Positions 39,061-51,197 of a DNA stretch of 64,000 nt are shown here, in pieces. Position 1 is the first letter of the stretch. Every line of letters begins with the position of its first letter. The position numbers and the translations under genes were made by a program. This DNA is from Octopus sinensis (lineage: Eukaryota): the NCBI RefSeq assembly GCF_006345805.1, contig NC_043005.1, forward strand, positions 19,530,001 to 19,594,000, given 5' to 3'. The notes beneath the pieces were generated by a model. It was not told the DNA's origin and ran no database searches. It saw only the letters and a program-made list of their open reading frames with translations.

Positions 39061-39874
39061 GTAAGATACAAATAAGATAACAAACCCATGGCTGTTTGTT
39101 GACAATTTTTTTCTGCATTGTAATGGTAATTCACCCAGTTTCTGCTGTTCTAATGGCATCTCGGTATTTGAATATAAATGATCTTATTTGTATCTAGCAA
39201 TACTCATTTTGGCACTTATAAAAATCAAATGTTAGTTTGTTCATATTTGTATACACATGGTTATATATACATATACAGTGGCGGACTGGGTTTAAAAATA
39301 TTGGTTGCCAGGAGACTAAGGGGGCCCACCCACAACTACAATGCTATCATTTGATTTTTTTTTATATTGATAATTTCAGCTTGTAGTAAATATATACTAC
39401 CCTTTTTTATTCAGTGCTTTTATTTTTGATTTTTACACTGTAACAATATCCATCATTATCATGAACATCCACACCTGTGTTCTATAATGGTATGTTACCC
39501 TGCCTAATGCCAAATACTTGACAGTATATTGGGTGTTTTTTTTTTTATCATAGCAGCTCTAGGTTGCTCACTACAAAGCTTTCAAAACCCTTCAACAAAG
39601 AAGAGGTGCAGTATTGAGAGACATAGTTATGTGCCAGGTGTTGAAAGGCTAGTGTATGATAGAAGGACAGGAATATGCATACCTGTGTATTTATGTGTGG
39701 GGAGTGTTTGATGTACACATAGTCAAATAAATACCTGAAGCAATTTATTTAATTAACTGCACCCCTCATCCCAAAAGTGTAGCATTGTGCCAAAGCTAGA
39801 AATCCATAGCATATTACTCATTTACATATTACTCACCTCTCCATCATAAATCCTTTGTTAATCTCTTAGTTCCA

Positions 39875-41668
39875 TCAAATTTTACAAGCCACAAGGAATA
39901 TTTCCCTCTCAGTCAACTCTAGAATGTACCAAGATGGAAAAATTTGGTGAAGCCAACTGGTTCCAACTGGTAAGAACATATCTAAATTACAATGAAGGAA
40001 TTTAAAAAATTTCTGCAAACTGTGTAGTTGTTCTGAGAGTATCTGTTGATCGAATTCTTTCTGTTCACAGAGGACACTGATCAGAGCAGAGAGATTACTT
40101 CCAATAACTTTCCCAAAAAATAATTTACCAAAATTTTCATCTTTTGATAATGTAAGCAGAAAGTCTCGGATATATCCAGAATGACTCACTACAGTTTTGC
40201 ACTGAACACCTCCATTTTGAAACTGAGAACATTCAAATGCATTTATTACTGCCTCCATGAAAAATTTGTCTGGTGTTAAAATGATACTTTCAGAAGTTTG
40301 TGTAATATATTTAGAGATGTTAGACTTGACAGAGATATTGTGGACCTGAGTAAGATGCCATTTCATATGGAACTGTATTGAATGACACAAGGAACATATG
40401 CGGCAGCCATACTTCATTTCAGTTTTGTTATAACTGCTTATATCACAATAGAATTTCTGCTTCCATTTGGGTAATTCTGAATGGAAGTTACTCATGTGTG
40501 TCTTAATTTGATGAAAGATTGCTTCACAGTAAGGTACAGGACACTTTACCAAATAGTTTGACTCTGAGAGAATCATTCTTGATCTTTCTTCAGTTTCAAA
40601 AATTTTGTTTGGCATTTCATGCCTGCTTGAAGTAGAATATGGTGTTATCAACAGAGTTTCATTAGTTCTTTCAAATCCATTCTGTGAATCAGAGAAATCC
40701 AAATCCGTGCCTTCATTTTTAATTGCTGATAGAGATTTAAGTTCATTTTCATCAAATAACTGTTTAAAATTATTTAACAATCCATTAGAAGTTTTGGGAT
40801 CTGGAGAAGATATTCTTTGAAACTTTGACCTAAAGTGACTATGTTTGGAAGAATTAGCAGTTAATCCATAAATGCTTTTATCATTATCTGTTTCTGTTTT
40901 CAAATCTGAAATCAAATGTTGATTCATGTTCAAATCTTGTTGCTTAGAAGATTGAGAATAGTAATAATCACTTGAAGAGTCCAATATGTATGTATGGGAA
41001 TCTGATGAATCTAAGCAGCTAGAAAATGTAATCTGCTTCACAATTTCACTATCCAAATCCGTTTTACAGAAGTTGGAATTTAAATGAAAGTCTTGTTCAT
41101 ATAATGTGATAGCATTTCTCGGGAGTGTCTTGAATGTTACAACTATGTCATCTTTAAAACATTTATAATTTCTCTGAATAAAATTCTGACCAAATTCATT
41201 AGTGGTAAATGCTTTATCCCACTGTCTCTCACAGTTTAAATTTCTTCTCTTTAATTCTTGCATTTTGACAAACTTTCCTGCAACTACAGAATCATTATAA
41301 AATGTCTTGTTGTCTTCAGGGCATAATAAAGAGTTGGAATCTATAGGATTAATGCTGTATTCTCTATTTTCTGAATCTGGAATAACAGTGATTTTATAAT
41401 GACATTTACTATCCTTGAAGAATGTTTGTTTTCTATAAGAAATTGATTTCTCTTTAATTCCATAGGAAATGCCCGGTATAAAGCTGTCAGTGCTGAGATG
41501 TTCAAATTCTTGATGATTACTGTTACAATAGTGATGACAGACATAAGAGATGTATTCTTTCCAATCAAGTGAATTATATTCCTGGATAAAGCTCAAAGGT
41601 ATGCTGATTTCAAAAGTAACTCCATTTTCTAAGAATTTTAAATATTTCTTCATTCCTGAAAGAGCCAT
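39875..41668 (-). CDS. 597-aa protein with two atypical C2H2 zinc fingers and a helical C-terminus resembling a tyrosine-recombinase core-binding domain
   Basis: Uninterrupted 1.8-kb ORF in repeat-free DNA; context gaagaaATGG; CPVPYC-x9-H-x4-H (40481-40543) and CSLC-x9-H-x4-H (within 40340-40405); acceptor ctcttttctttcctaacAG ends 41710; donor AG|GTGAGT at 39837/39836. Confidence 0.75.
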   Translation of the reverse strand: MALSGMKKYLKFLENGVTFEISIPLSFIQEYNSLDWKEYISYVCHHYCNSNHQEFEHLSTDSFIPGISYGIKEKSISYRKQTFFKDSKCHYKITVIPDSENREYSINPIDSNSLLCPEDNKTFYNDSVVAGKFVKMQELKRRNLNCERQWDKAFTTNEFGQNFIQRNYKCFKDDIVVTFKTLPRNAITLYEQDFHLNSNFCKTDLDSEIVKQITFSSCLDSSDSHTYILDSSSDYYYSQSSKQQDLNMNQHLISDLKTETDNDKSIYGLTANSSKHSHFRSKFQRISSPDPKTSNGLLNNFKQLFDENELKSLSAIKNEGTDLDFSDSQNGFERTNETLLITPYSTSSRHEMPNKIFETEERSRMILSESNYLVKCPVPYCEAIFHQIKTHMSNFHSELPKWKQKFYCDISSYNKTEMKYGCRICSLCHSIQFHMKWHLTQVHNISVKSNISKYITQTSESIILTPDKFFMEAVINAFECSQFQNGGVQCKTVVSHSGYIRDFLLTLSKDENFGKLFFGKVIGSNLSALISVLCEQKEFDQQILSEQLHSLQKFFKFLHCNLDMFLPVGTSWLHQIFPSWYILELTEREIFLVACKI

Positions 41669-42562
41669 TTCTTCTCATGGAATAATATCAATCACATGGA
41701 AACATCTTTCTGTTAGGAAAGAAAAGAGTATGTTTATTTTTCTTTATCAAAATATTATTATTGTTAATATATCTACTAAAACAAGAGAGATAAATACTTT
41801 TAAATAAAATTTCAAAAATAGAAAGATATGTTAAAATTAAAACAGTTTAAAAATACATTTCAATTAAGCAATTAATAAAACATATATTTTTAAGCTGAAG
41901 TACAAACAGGAGTGGCAGTGAGGTCAAATTTGGTGCTTGACTTGTAAACCCATAGCTACATGCTCAAACCTTACCTCAGTCAGTGAGTTATCTGTTTGAC
42001 TGACATTGGGCTCCATTTCAGCTTCATAATATAATAAATTAATACTACAATTTGTCTAATCTATCCTACAAGTGCTAAATTATTTAATATAGTGAGCTTT
42101 AAATAATTAATTTGAAATATATATGGAAAATAAAGACATCATTAACTCTATGACTGATATTTTATTTTATTATTTTAATTAATTACAAAGAAAAATAAGG
42201 GGGAATAACACTGATAGTCTCAGTCCTATTAAACCTAATCAGAGAAGTACTGATTTCACCAGAGTAGTAGTTCTGAGAGAATCATTCAGAAATCATGCAT
42301 TCATTTTTACATCGAAGTTTTCCATGTTAACATGAGTGAGAGTAATACATTATCGAAGCATTGTTTTAGAAATGGATGCCTTTCCTGTCACCAACTGTTG
42401 CTTGTTTTTCAAGTAAGGGGTATCTTGATTCACATGTCTTTAAAGATGCGAAAACAGCAGATGACACAATGGCATCACAACCCTTAGCTGAGCAATTTTA
42501 GGGGAACCTGAAATGTAAACAAATACAGATACATACCTACGTTCACACACTTGCATACATCG

Positions 42563-42921
42563 TGGCACTCCGTCGGTTACGAGGACGTGGGTTCCAATTG
42601 ATCCAATAAGCGGAACAGCCTGCTCGTGAAATTAACATGCATGTGGCTGAGCACTCCACAGACACGTGTACCCTCAACATAGTTCTCGGGGAGATTCAGC
42701 ATGACACAGAGTGTGACAAGGCTGGCCCTTTTGAAATACAGGTACAACAGAAGCAGGAAGAAAAAGAGAAAGTTGTGAAAGAATACAGCAGGGTTCGCCA
42801 CCAACCCCTGCCGGAGCCTTAGGTGTTTTCTCTCACTAAACACAACGACCGGTTTGGGAATCGAAACTGCGATCCTACAAACGCAAGTCCGCTGCCCTAA
42901 CCACTGGGCCGTTGCGCTTCT
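42563..42921 (-). mobile_element. tRNA-derived SINE, family B
   Basis: Reverse-complement full copy (gcactccgtcggttacga..ctgccctaaccactgggcc). Confidence 0.92.
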
Positions 42922-43540
42922 ACACATGCATACATACACATACAAACACATGCATTTATATTTGATAGGATTTCATTGAATTTCCATCTACGAAACCCAC
43001 TCACATGGCTTTGGTTGGCTCAGGGTTATCGTACAGGTTGGTTGCTAGAAAATTTGAAGGCAAAACTAACAAGCGTTAATTAGATATCAATAAATTGTGA
43101 TAGGTGTTTCTGTTATCTCTGTCTGTTATCAGCAGAGATACAGAAATATCGATGCCATATAACCGTCATTGATGAATCGAAAATGTGCTTGATAAAAGAT
43201 TGTGTGTGTGCGCGTGTGAGGGTGCATGGCCTATTGGTTAAGGTATTGCACTCATGATCGCAAACAGATGGATGGTAAGCCATCAGTTTCAACAACTGGA
43301 GTTCAATTGTTTGATCAACTGGATTATGTGGTCATTGCAAGTGGTCGAGTATTCCTCAGACAGGTGTACTTTTCTACCTTTAACATAATTCTTAAGAAGA
43401 ATTAATGTGATACAGTGTGTAACAAAGCTGTACCTTTAAATTACTGGTACAATCTATTTGACGGATTTCTATACAGTTTCTGTGCGCCCGATTTTATTCA
43501 CTAAGTAAGGAAACTGGAGCTAAAGAAAATGACATTTAAC

Positions 43541-43972
43541 GGATCTTTTCGGTTTGACTGGCAGTTTTTTCTAACGGTGTCATATGAAATTGTCACCTAT
43601 AATTATGACCCTAGTATCGATCTATTGCATTTCAATCTGTTTTAGGGTTAGGGTTAGTTAGGGTTAGGATTAGGGGTGGGGGGAAGGGTATCTTTTTTTC
43701 TTCACAAATGTAAATAAACCCAATCGGTTTCTTAAACGATGGACATATTCATACGGCACAGAATGCTTTTTAACTCAATAGACGTCAGTGATTGGTTGAA
43801 ATTGCAGAAATTGAAGAAAAAAAACAACAAATATCTTACAAACAATAGAATTTTCTCAATAAAGCCAAGAGAAAAAGATGTTTTATAAACACATTCTACC
43901 AGTATACGAAGTTTTAAATTTTTAGTTACCTAGAAATTATGTTAAAAACTGCCGTTCAAAACGAAAAGATTC
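43541..43972. mobile_element. Merlin-type MITE, copy 2 (inverted relative to copy 1)
   Basis: Same TIR; 8-bp TSD catttaac / catttaat. Confidence 0.85.
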
Positions 43973-44235
43973 CATTTAATATATAACACAAAGAATGATT
44001 TGACAATTGTGAAGTGAACTTCTTAACTAGTCAGCTGTGCTCTCTTTTTCTCTCATTTTTGTTGCTGTCTTTCATTAATATAAGGCCAGGATGTCTACTA
44101 CAGTTTCTTTTACTCGTTACATGTATATATATACTTTATACAGGTGTGCGCACACACACACACGTACATTTGATCATATATATTTATAAATTCTCTCTAC
44201 TCTCCCTTTTACATCTGGAAACACATATAAATAAC

Positions 44236-44532
44236 CTCGGCGCATGGCTCAGTGGTTAGAGCGTCGAGCTTACGATCGTGAGGTTGTGAGCTCGAATCCC
44301 GGACACGTTGCTCCAGTTCACTCAGCTGTAGAAATGAGTTGCGACGTCACAGGTGCCAAGCTGTATCGACCTTTGTCTTTCCCTTGGATAACACTGGTGG
44401 CGTGGAGAGGGGAGGCTGGTTTGCATGGGCGACTGCTGGCCTTCCATAAACAACCTTGCCCGGACTTGTGCCTGGGAGGGTAACTTTCTAGGTGCAATCC
44501 CATGGTCATTCATGACCGAAGGGGGTCTTTAC
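44236..44532 (+). mobile_element. tRNA-derived SINE, family C
   Basis: Head ggcgcatggctcagtggttagagc..gctcgaatccc; body shared with 6893 copy. Confidence 0.9.
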
Positions 44533-44831
44533 ATGTATCTTAAAGGCAGTAGCGTCTCTCTCTTTTTCTCTCTTTCCTTTTTTAACCTATATATGTATGT
44601 TAGGACTACCCCTTTTCGCCACGGTGCTTCCTATACACAACCCAAATGATAAAAAATAAAACACTTTTTGTCTTTTCCTTTCTTACATTTTTGCCACATC
44701 TGTTCATCCAGTATTTATAGATATTCTGGGATACTAAATTGTCTTTTTCTTTACTCCCTCGTTCTTGTTGCTTTCTTTCAAAAAAAAAAAAAAAGGGCCA
44801 CCTACTGCACAACTACAATGCATCTACCCAA

Positions 44832-45060
44832 ACCGAGCTGGCAGAAACGTTAGCATGCCGGGCGAAATGCGTAGCCGTATTTCGTCTGTCGTTACGTTCT
44901 GAGTTCAAATTCCGCCGAGGTTGACTTTGCCTTTCATCCTTTCGGGGTCGATAAATAAAGTACCAGTTTCCAACTGGGGTCGATGTAATCGACTTAATCC
45001 CTTTGTCTGTCCTTGTTTGTCCCCTCTATATTTAGCCCCCCTCGTGGGCAGTAAAGAAAT
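44832..45060 (+). mobile_element. tRNA-derived SINE, family A
   Basis: Full A/B boxes and ttaatccctttgtctgtcc tail. Confidence 0.92.
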
Positions 45061-45190
45061 ACATTAATATCAAAACTATCCTCACTTCACTCCCCTGACA
45101 AGTAAAAGCCTCAACCTCCAACTCTTTGTGGCTGTCTCTGCTTTACCATAAATCATATATGTCATTGTGTGTACATGCATATGTATGAGA

Positions 45191-45574
45191 GTGGAGGCGC
45201 AATGGCCCAGTGGTTAGGGCAGTGGACTCGCGGTCATAGGATCGCGGTTTCGATTCCCAGACCAGGCGTTGTGAGTGTTTATTGAGCGAAAACACATAAA
45301 TCTCCACGAGGCTCCGGCAGGGGATGGTGGTGATCCCTGCTGTACTCTTTCACCACAACTTTCTCTCACTCTTACTTCCTGTTTCTGTTGTACCTGTATT
45401 TGAAAGGGCCGCCCTTGTCACTCTCTGTGTCACGCTGAATATCCCCGAGAACTATGTTAAGGGTACACGTGTCTGTAGAGTGCTCAGCCACTTACACGTT
45501 AATTTCACGAGCAGGCTGTTCCGTTGATTCGGATCAACCGGAACCCTCGTCGTCGTAACCGACGGAGTGCTTCC
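45191..45574 (+). mobile_element. tRNA-derived SINE, family B
   Basis: Full copy; 10-bp TSD atgtatgaga (45181-45190, 45575-45584). Confidence 0.95.
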
Positions 45575-46254
45575 ATGTATGAGAAAAGCTTCGTTGAATG
45601 ACGATTCTAAACTCTTCAATTAATAAAATGTAATTACTAAGCCACAACACTACTGAGGCATAGAAGACTGGAAACGTTCTTTTATGTGACCAGGAATCAC
45701 AGAATAAGGGATAATGGCAGCAATAATTCCTTTTAAGTTGTGTTCATGGTTACACGTTGTTATGAAGATTACAGTCGGTTAAATATTTCAGTTACCCCCG
45801 TGGTATTTTTTACTAGGAATTTAAATATCTAAATACCGCGAAGTATCTTATCTGGCGGTCCACTTGTGTATGCTTATGATCCACAGCTGATATTAATAAA
45901 TTTATTAATGATATTAGTGCACAGTGAGAAAAATATAAATTTCTCTATGGACTTACTACGATTACTGCTTAGAACGTAATAATCTCCCTTGCAACTATTC
46001 AGGGGAAGTAACTCTCGGAGAAACCGATTTGGCTGACGTTATTTTGATTGACGAAACAATTTACTGGTAAGAGAAGGGAAAACTAATAGTTTAAATTAAA
46101 CCTAATATACTACATTATTTATTTATACATCCAAGAATATTGACATCATCACTGTGGCTGGAAGTTATTATAAGGCAACTTAATGAAATACACAATCAAA
46201 ACAGTCTTTTCAGTATTCTTTTGTTCCAGCGGCCCGTGTATTGATTTAAAATTT

Positions 46255-46443
46255 TCATACAATAATTCCCCAATAATTTCGGTTGTAGCGAAATTATTAA
46301 CTGGTACTTATTTTATCGACCCTGATAAAGGATGAAAGGCAAAGTCGACTTCGGCTGAATTTGGACTCAGAAGGTAAAAACGAACGAAATGCTGTTCAGC
46401 ATACTACCTGGTGTGCTAACGATTCTGTCAACTCACCGCCTTC
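46255..46443 (-). mobile_element. tRNA-derived SINE, family A
   Basis: Reverse-complement body and head. Confidence 0.85.
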
Positions 46444-46654
46444 AGCGCCCTCTATATTGATAAAAAATCGAAACTTTAGCAGATATTGAATGTTAGTGAT
46501 ATCCGCTTGAAAGGGACACACCCTATACATATGAGGGGAGCGACGTGTATGAGTGTAAAGATGATCTTTCGTTTTAGTTTCACTTTCATTTTGTCAATCA
46601 GTAACTAAAATAATTTTGTTTGCCCATGTGGCTTTGAGTTCAGTTTCACTGCGC

Positions 46655-47277
46655 GGCACCTAGGATAAATATTTTTTTATTGTAGTCTCATTCCGATCAA
46701 TAGCCTCTGAGTGATTTTGGCAAACGAAAACTGTAAGGAAGCCTGTATGTGTGGGTATGTGGTAAGAAGTTTTCTTCTCAGCCATATGGTTCTGGGTTCA
46801 ATCCCACTGCGTGGCACCTTGGGCTCGTGAGTGGAATTTGTAAACGGAAACTGAAAGAAGCCCGTCGTGTGTATTTGTGATTCTCCCCACCACTGCTAGA
46901 CAACCGGTGTTGGTGTGTTTACGTCGCCATAACATAGCTATTCTGCAAAAGAGACCGATAGTACCAGGTTTTTAAAAAGTAAATATTGAGGTCGATTAGT
47001 TCAACTAAAATTCTTCAAGACTGCAGCATGGCCCCAGTTTAATAACTGAAACAAGTAAACGATAAAAGATATATTTGTGTGTGTGTGTGTGTGTGTGTGT
47101 GTATGAGTGTGTGTGCGCGCACCTATGCGTGTGTGTATATACATACACATATGTATGTGTGTATGTGTCTTTGCGTTGCGTATGTCATCAATCGCCGCTT
47201 GACTAATCGTGTTGGTTTACTTACGTCTCCGTAACCTAGTGGTTCGGCAAAAGAGAACAATAGAATAAGTACCAGAT
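46655..47277 (+). mobile_element. Cluster of family D SINE pieces
   Basis: Two heads (gagttcagtttcactgcgcggcacc; gggttcaatcccactgcgtggcacc), a tail ending ~47070 and a further fragment 47185-47277. Confidence 0.75.
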
Positions 47278-47279
47278 TA

Positions 47280-48830
47280 AATGTGAATTCTACAACAAAG
47301 TGTAGTTTTTTTTTGTTTGTTTTTTGATTTTCGTCGGGTCAACTGATTCCCCTTTCGGGTATTTGTGCATGTGCACTCAAATTGTTTCATTTTCTGCCAC
47401 CGCGCGAAATTTCGAAATGGAATATAAGGATCCCGGAATACAATGTTGAAAAAATAATTCCGAAGTTTATTCCCCGTAAATTCGAACAGCATGTAAAATG
47501 AAATTTCTTTGATATTTTCAACGAATTCATGCTGTATGTGCATCACAAACAGATGTGTGTAGGTGTGTGTCAAGAAAGTTTGTTGGAGATTTGGCTGTTA
47601 TTTCGGTACTCATACTGTATTTTTTGTAAATGCCCTTTCAAGTTTCGTTTTGTAGAAAAAAAAAACACTTTGGAAATTTCCAAAACTTTCAGTTGTAAAA
47701 GAAAAAATAAAGAAAGAAATGAACACTTTATTTTAACTTTTTGCCAGACAAATTGCTATGGCCAAACCAAGTTCCTTTCCGAAGTGATATTTGGGGGTTT
47801 TTGCCGACTTCTTACAACTTTCCTTGTTGCACTGAAACCTGCGCTCTGAGCGAGATCTTCCGGCCCGCTTCACTTTGTAAAATTTGCTCAGTATAGTTTT
47901 ACAAGATGGGCAACGCATTTGTTTGGCAAGGATCCCAAGTTCCTGGCAATAACTTTTTATTTTAACTTTTTTATAATATCTCTTTTTACCGCGGGAAATT
48001 TCTCTGAAATTTTATCGCCAAGAAACAAAGCCGGCCAGTATGAGATTTTTTTGTCGAAGCTCAGCCTCAATCGACTTCTAGGTCATATGAAGCGTATATG
48101 TAAATTTTTTTTTTTAAATATGTGCGGAAAAGAGTTTGTGTGAGAATTGGCTGTTATTTCTAGCATGTGGACAGGCTGCTTGAAGGCTTATTAAATGTAC
48201 GGGAGCGGGTGTGTTACGTCTCCGCCATGTGCGTCCAATTTTGATTTGGAAGTATTTAAAAAGTTATTTGGAAATCATAAAGAGAAACGAAGAGAAACGA
48301 ACGACAGAATCGGACCACCGTCCACATTTTAAAACCGAAATTTTTTTTTTAAAGTTCCAAAATCCTTTTCCCCATGTCGCACATCTATCACCACACCACT
48401 TCCAAAGTTTCACTTTTAGAATATCAGTCAACACATACGTAATGGTGAAAAGGGTTTCAAAACTTCATGTTTATGCATAGACTGCAAGGGGAAGGGGAGA
48501 GGGGTTTTTTTAATTGAAATTTTACAAAAATTTTTGGAAATTTTTTTTTCAGAATCATAACCTTCCATATTTTCCCGCATATTTTGCAAAAAAAAAAATT
48601 CTGTAAAAAGTAAAAAATAAAATTGAGGGTTGGGGTGAAATTTTGAAATGCCGATTTTGCCAATCTGTTTTCAGATTTGTAATCTCCGTACCCGAAAACG
48701 GGGTCTCTATAAAAATTTTTTTTAAATAATAAAGGTTTTTATTTGGAGTGGTACAAAAGGAAGTCTTGCTCCAATAAATATCATATTTTATGTTGAGAAG
48801 TTGTAGGTAGAGATTTATATGAATAACGGA
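47280..48830 (-). mobile_element. Merlin/IS1595-like transposon relic (internally deleted)
   Basis: Zn-ribbon-like MRCPSC..RRFQCNKESCKK..HFGKELGL (47733-47918) and C-terminal-like GNKLRNYFFNIVFR (47277-47573); flank shares sub-repeats with 56600-56960. Confidence 0.5.
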
Positions 48831-49149
48831 CAGTATCAACATCTATTGACAAGGTTGCAAAAACAAAGAAAAATTTTGAAAGAAGAAAATATAAAATATA
48901 ATTGAGAGGAAATCGAACCAATGTGTGTGTTAGATTATAAGACATTAAGACAATTTGACTCTCCCTAGACAACAAAATATATGAAATGAATTACTCTACA
49001 ATAATCCTGTTGTTTTGTTGTATCATTACTTAATCTGAACAGAATTTGTTATCGAAGTTAATAATGCACATTTAGGAAAGATGATTGATTCGGTACGAAA
49101 GAGTAAAAGCAAAAATTGCACGTTTGTTTTGGAGTTATTTTTTAAAATT

Positions 49150-49550
49150 GATCTAGTGGAAAGGTTCTGTGTTCAAGGTGTTGTGAGCGAGGATGACTTC
49201 CAAGACCGACGCAATAGATGTCTCCATAGATCTCTGCATGTTAAAGTTAGCATGAAAATCTGGACGGGGATGGAATTCCAGAAGTCTGACGTTCTGGGAA
49301 AGAAGGATTGAATTATGTAGTTGGTGTGGATCATTGGAGTGGATATAAAATATGACTGATGAGAGGAGGAGAAATGGGTCAGTCGGCGAAACTAGAGGAT
49401 CTAACTCCGAAAAGCAGAGGTCACTATAAGAGTTGAAAAGGTAAATTGAAGAGACAAGCACCTCTGTAGGTCGGAGGCTGGAGTGCATCGTTGAGAAGCT
49501 TCATGGTTATCAATGGGATGGTTTCTATGAGGGGCGTAGTCGTAAGCAAG
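49150..49550 (-). mobile_element. Possible decayed LINE APE-endonuclease fragment
   Basis: Weak DFHANFNM..LAHNTLNTEP resemblance to GDFN..L.Q.V.EPT. Confidence 0.3.
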
Positions 49551-49573
49551 AAAGAAAGAAAGATAGAAAGAAA

Positions 49574-49855
49574 AAGACCCCCTTCGGTCACATGAATAAC
49601 CACGGGATTGCACCTAGCAAGTTCCCCTCCGAGACATGCATACCAACCTCTCCTTTCCACGTCACCAATTTTATCCAAGGGAAAAGGTAAAGGCCGATAC
49701 CATTTGACACCAGTGAGTTGCAACTCATTTCTACAACTTGGTGAACTGTAGCAAGGTGAAATAAAGTGTATTGCTCAAGAACACAACACATAGCCCGGTC
49801 CAGCTATTGAACTCACTACCTCATGATTATGAGTCCAATGCTCTAGGGTCTGAGC
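49574..49855 (-). mobile_element. tRNA-derived SINE, family C
   Basis: Reverse complement of the family C body. Confidence 0.85.
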
Positions 49856-50124
49856 TCTAAGTTTCCAGTGATGCTCTTGCAGAGAGTGCGTTGTTGGATA
49901 GGAACTGTTGTGTCTATTCAAGCCAGCAATTTTTCTTAATTATTGTCGAGTTTGTTCTTTGCATGATTTACTGTAACTCAGCTACGAGTGAAGCACTCAG
50001 GGAGAGGGGTTAGGGCTTTGGCGGAAGTGGGGGTAGATGTAGAAAGATAGACATGTCTAAGATGATGGCTTCACTTGCCCGCACAACTGCCTTTGATTGG
50101 TCATGTGTTAAATACATTCAGGTC

Positions 50125-50325
50125 CTTGAATAGTAATAATAGTAATAGTAACAACAATAACATCGAAAAATACCTTAGGAATGAGAACCCAGGTTCGAAA
50201 TTTCCCACAAGACACCTGATGAAGGCTGGAGGGTATATCAGCCGAAGCGTTGTGTTAACAACAAACAAGATGACGACAAATATCCTAAAGTACATAATTC
50301 TTCATCTCTTAAATGTAGATCTGTT
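50125..50325 (+). mobile_element. Penelope-like terminal repeat fragment
   Basis: Contains a minimal hammerhead fold, typical of PLE repeats. Confidence 0.55.
50212..50255 (+). ncRNA. Minimal type I hammerhead ribozyme motif (core variant)
   Basis: ACAC-CTGATGA-A-GGCTG(10-nt loop)CAGCC-GAA-G-CG-T-T-GTGT; stems I and II pair; position 15.1 is G instead of A. Confidence 0.6.
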
Positions 50326-50339
50326 ATTCGGTTTAGTTA

Positions 50340-50821
50340 AGTATAAAAAAAGCAAATAAAAATTAAGGGAGAGATAAGTATTAAAAGAAGTAAATAGACA
50401 TTGGGTATTCTGTGGCATAGAGAGAGTCTCAATAAAGTGTTTTTTGGTCGAAGTACCTGACCGCACAGAAGAAACTTTAACTGAACTGATTTAACTGAAC
50501 AGGATTTTGCCTGGGTCTCAAACAGTCAGCAATGGATGGCGAGAATATAATAACATCGGTATTCTCAATGGTGGTGCCTACACGCATGGGGTAATTATAC
50601 ACCAACATTGTGTTGATCCTCATGATCAAGACGTCCACACACAAAATGTGGAACATATTTGGATGCGGGTGAAACGGAAGTTGAAACGACATTTTGGGAC
50701 ATCGGACGAATCGTTTGTTTCATATCTGCATGAGTTTCTCTGGCGTAATTCCACTGAGAAAATGAGGACATTGTTCACTTTCTGGCGGCGATCGCCGGTC
50801 TTTATGCTGTATAAAAAGTAA
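50340..50821 (+). pseudogene. Merlin (IS1595-like DDE) transposase fragment
   Basis: WVFCGIER..CFLVEVPDRTEETL, then PGSQTVSNGWREY..VDP..HTQNVEHIW.RVK..YLHEFLWR; frameshifted. Confidence 0.88.
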
Positions 50822-50822
50822 G

Positions 50823-51197
50823 GGATCTTTTCGGTTTGAACGGCAGTTTTTAACATAATTTCTAGGCAACTAAAAAAATTTTAACTTCGTATACTGGTAG
50901 AATGTGTTTATAAAACATCTTTTTCTCTTGGCTTTATTGAGAAAATTCTATTGTTTGTAAGATATTTGTTGGGTTTTTTTCTTCAATTTCTGCAATTTCA
51001 ACCTATCAAATACGTGTATTGAGTTAAAAAGCATTCTGTGCTGTATGAATATGTCCCTCGTTTAAGAAACAGATTAGGTTTATTTACATTTGTGAAGAAA
51101 AAAAAGTACCCTTCCCCCACCCCCTAGGGTTATAATTATGGGTGACAATTTCATATGACACCGCTAGAAAAAACTGCCGTTCAAACCAAAAAGTTCC
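50823..51197. mobile_element. Merlin-type MITE, copy 3
   Basis: Same TIR; 8-bp TSD aaagtaag / gaagtaag. Confidence 0.85.

Noticed and set aside
49355-49400. CTGATGA...GAAAC hammerhead-like core
   Set aside because: No stem II pairing between the core motifs
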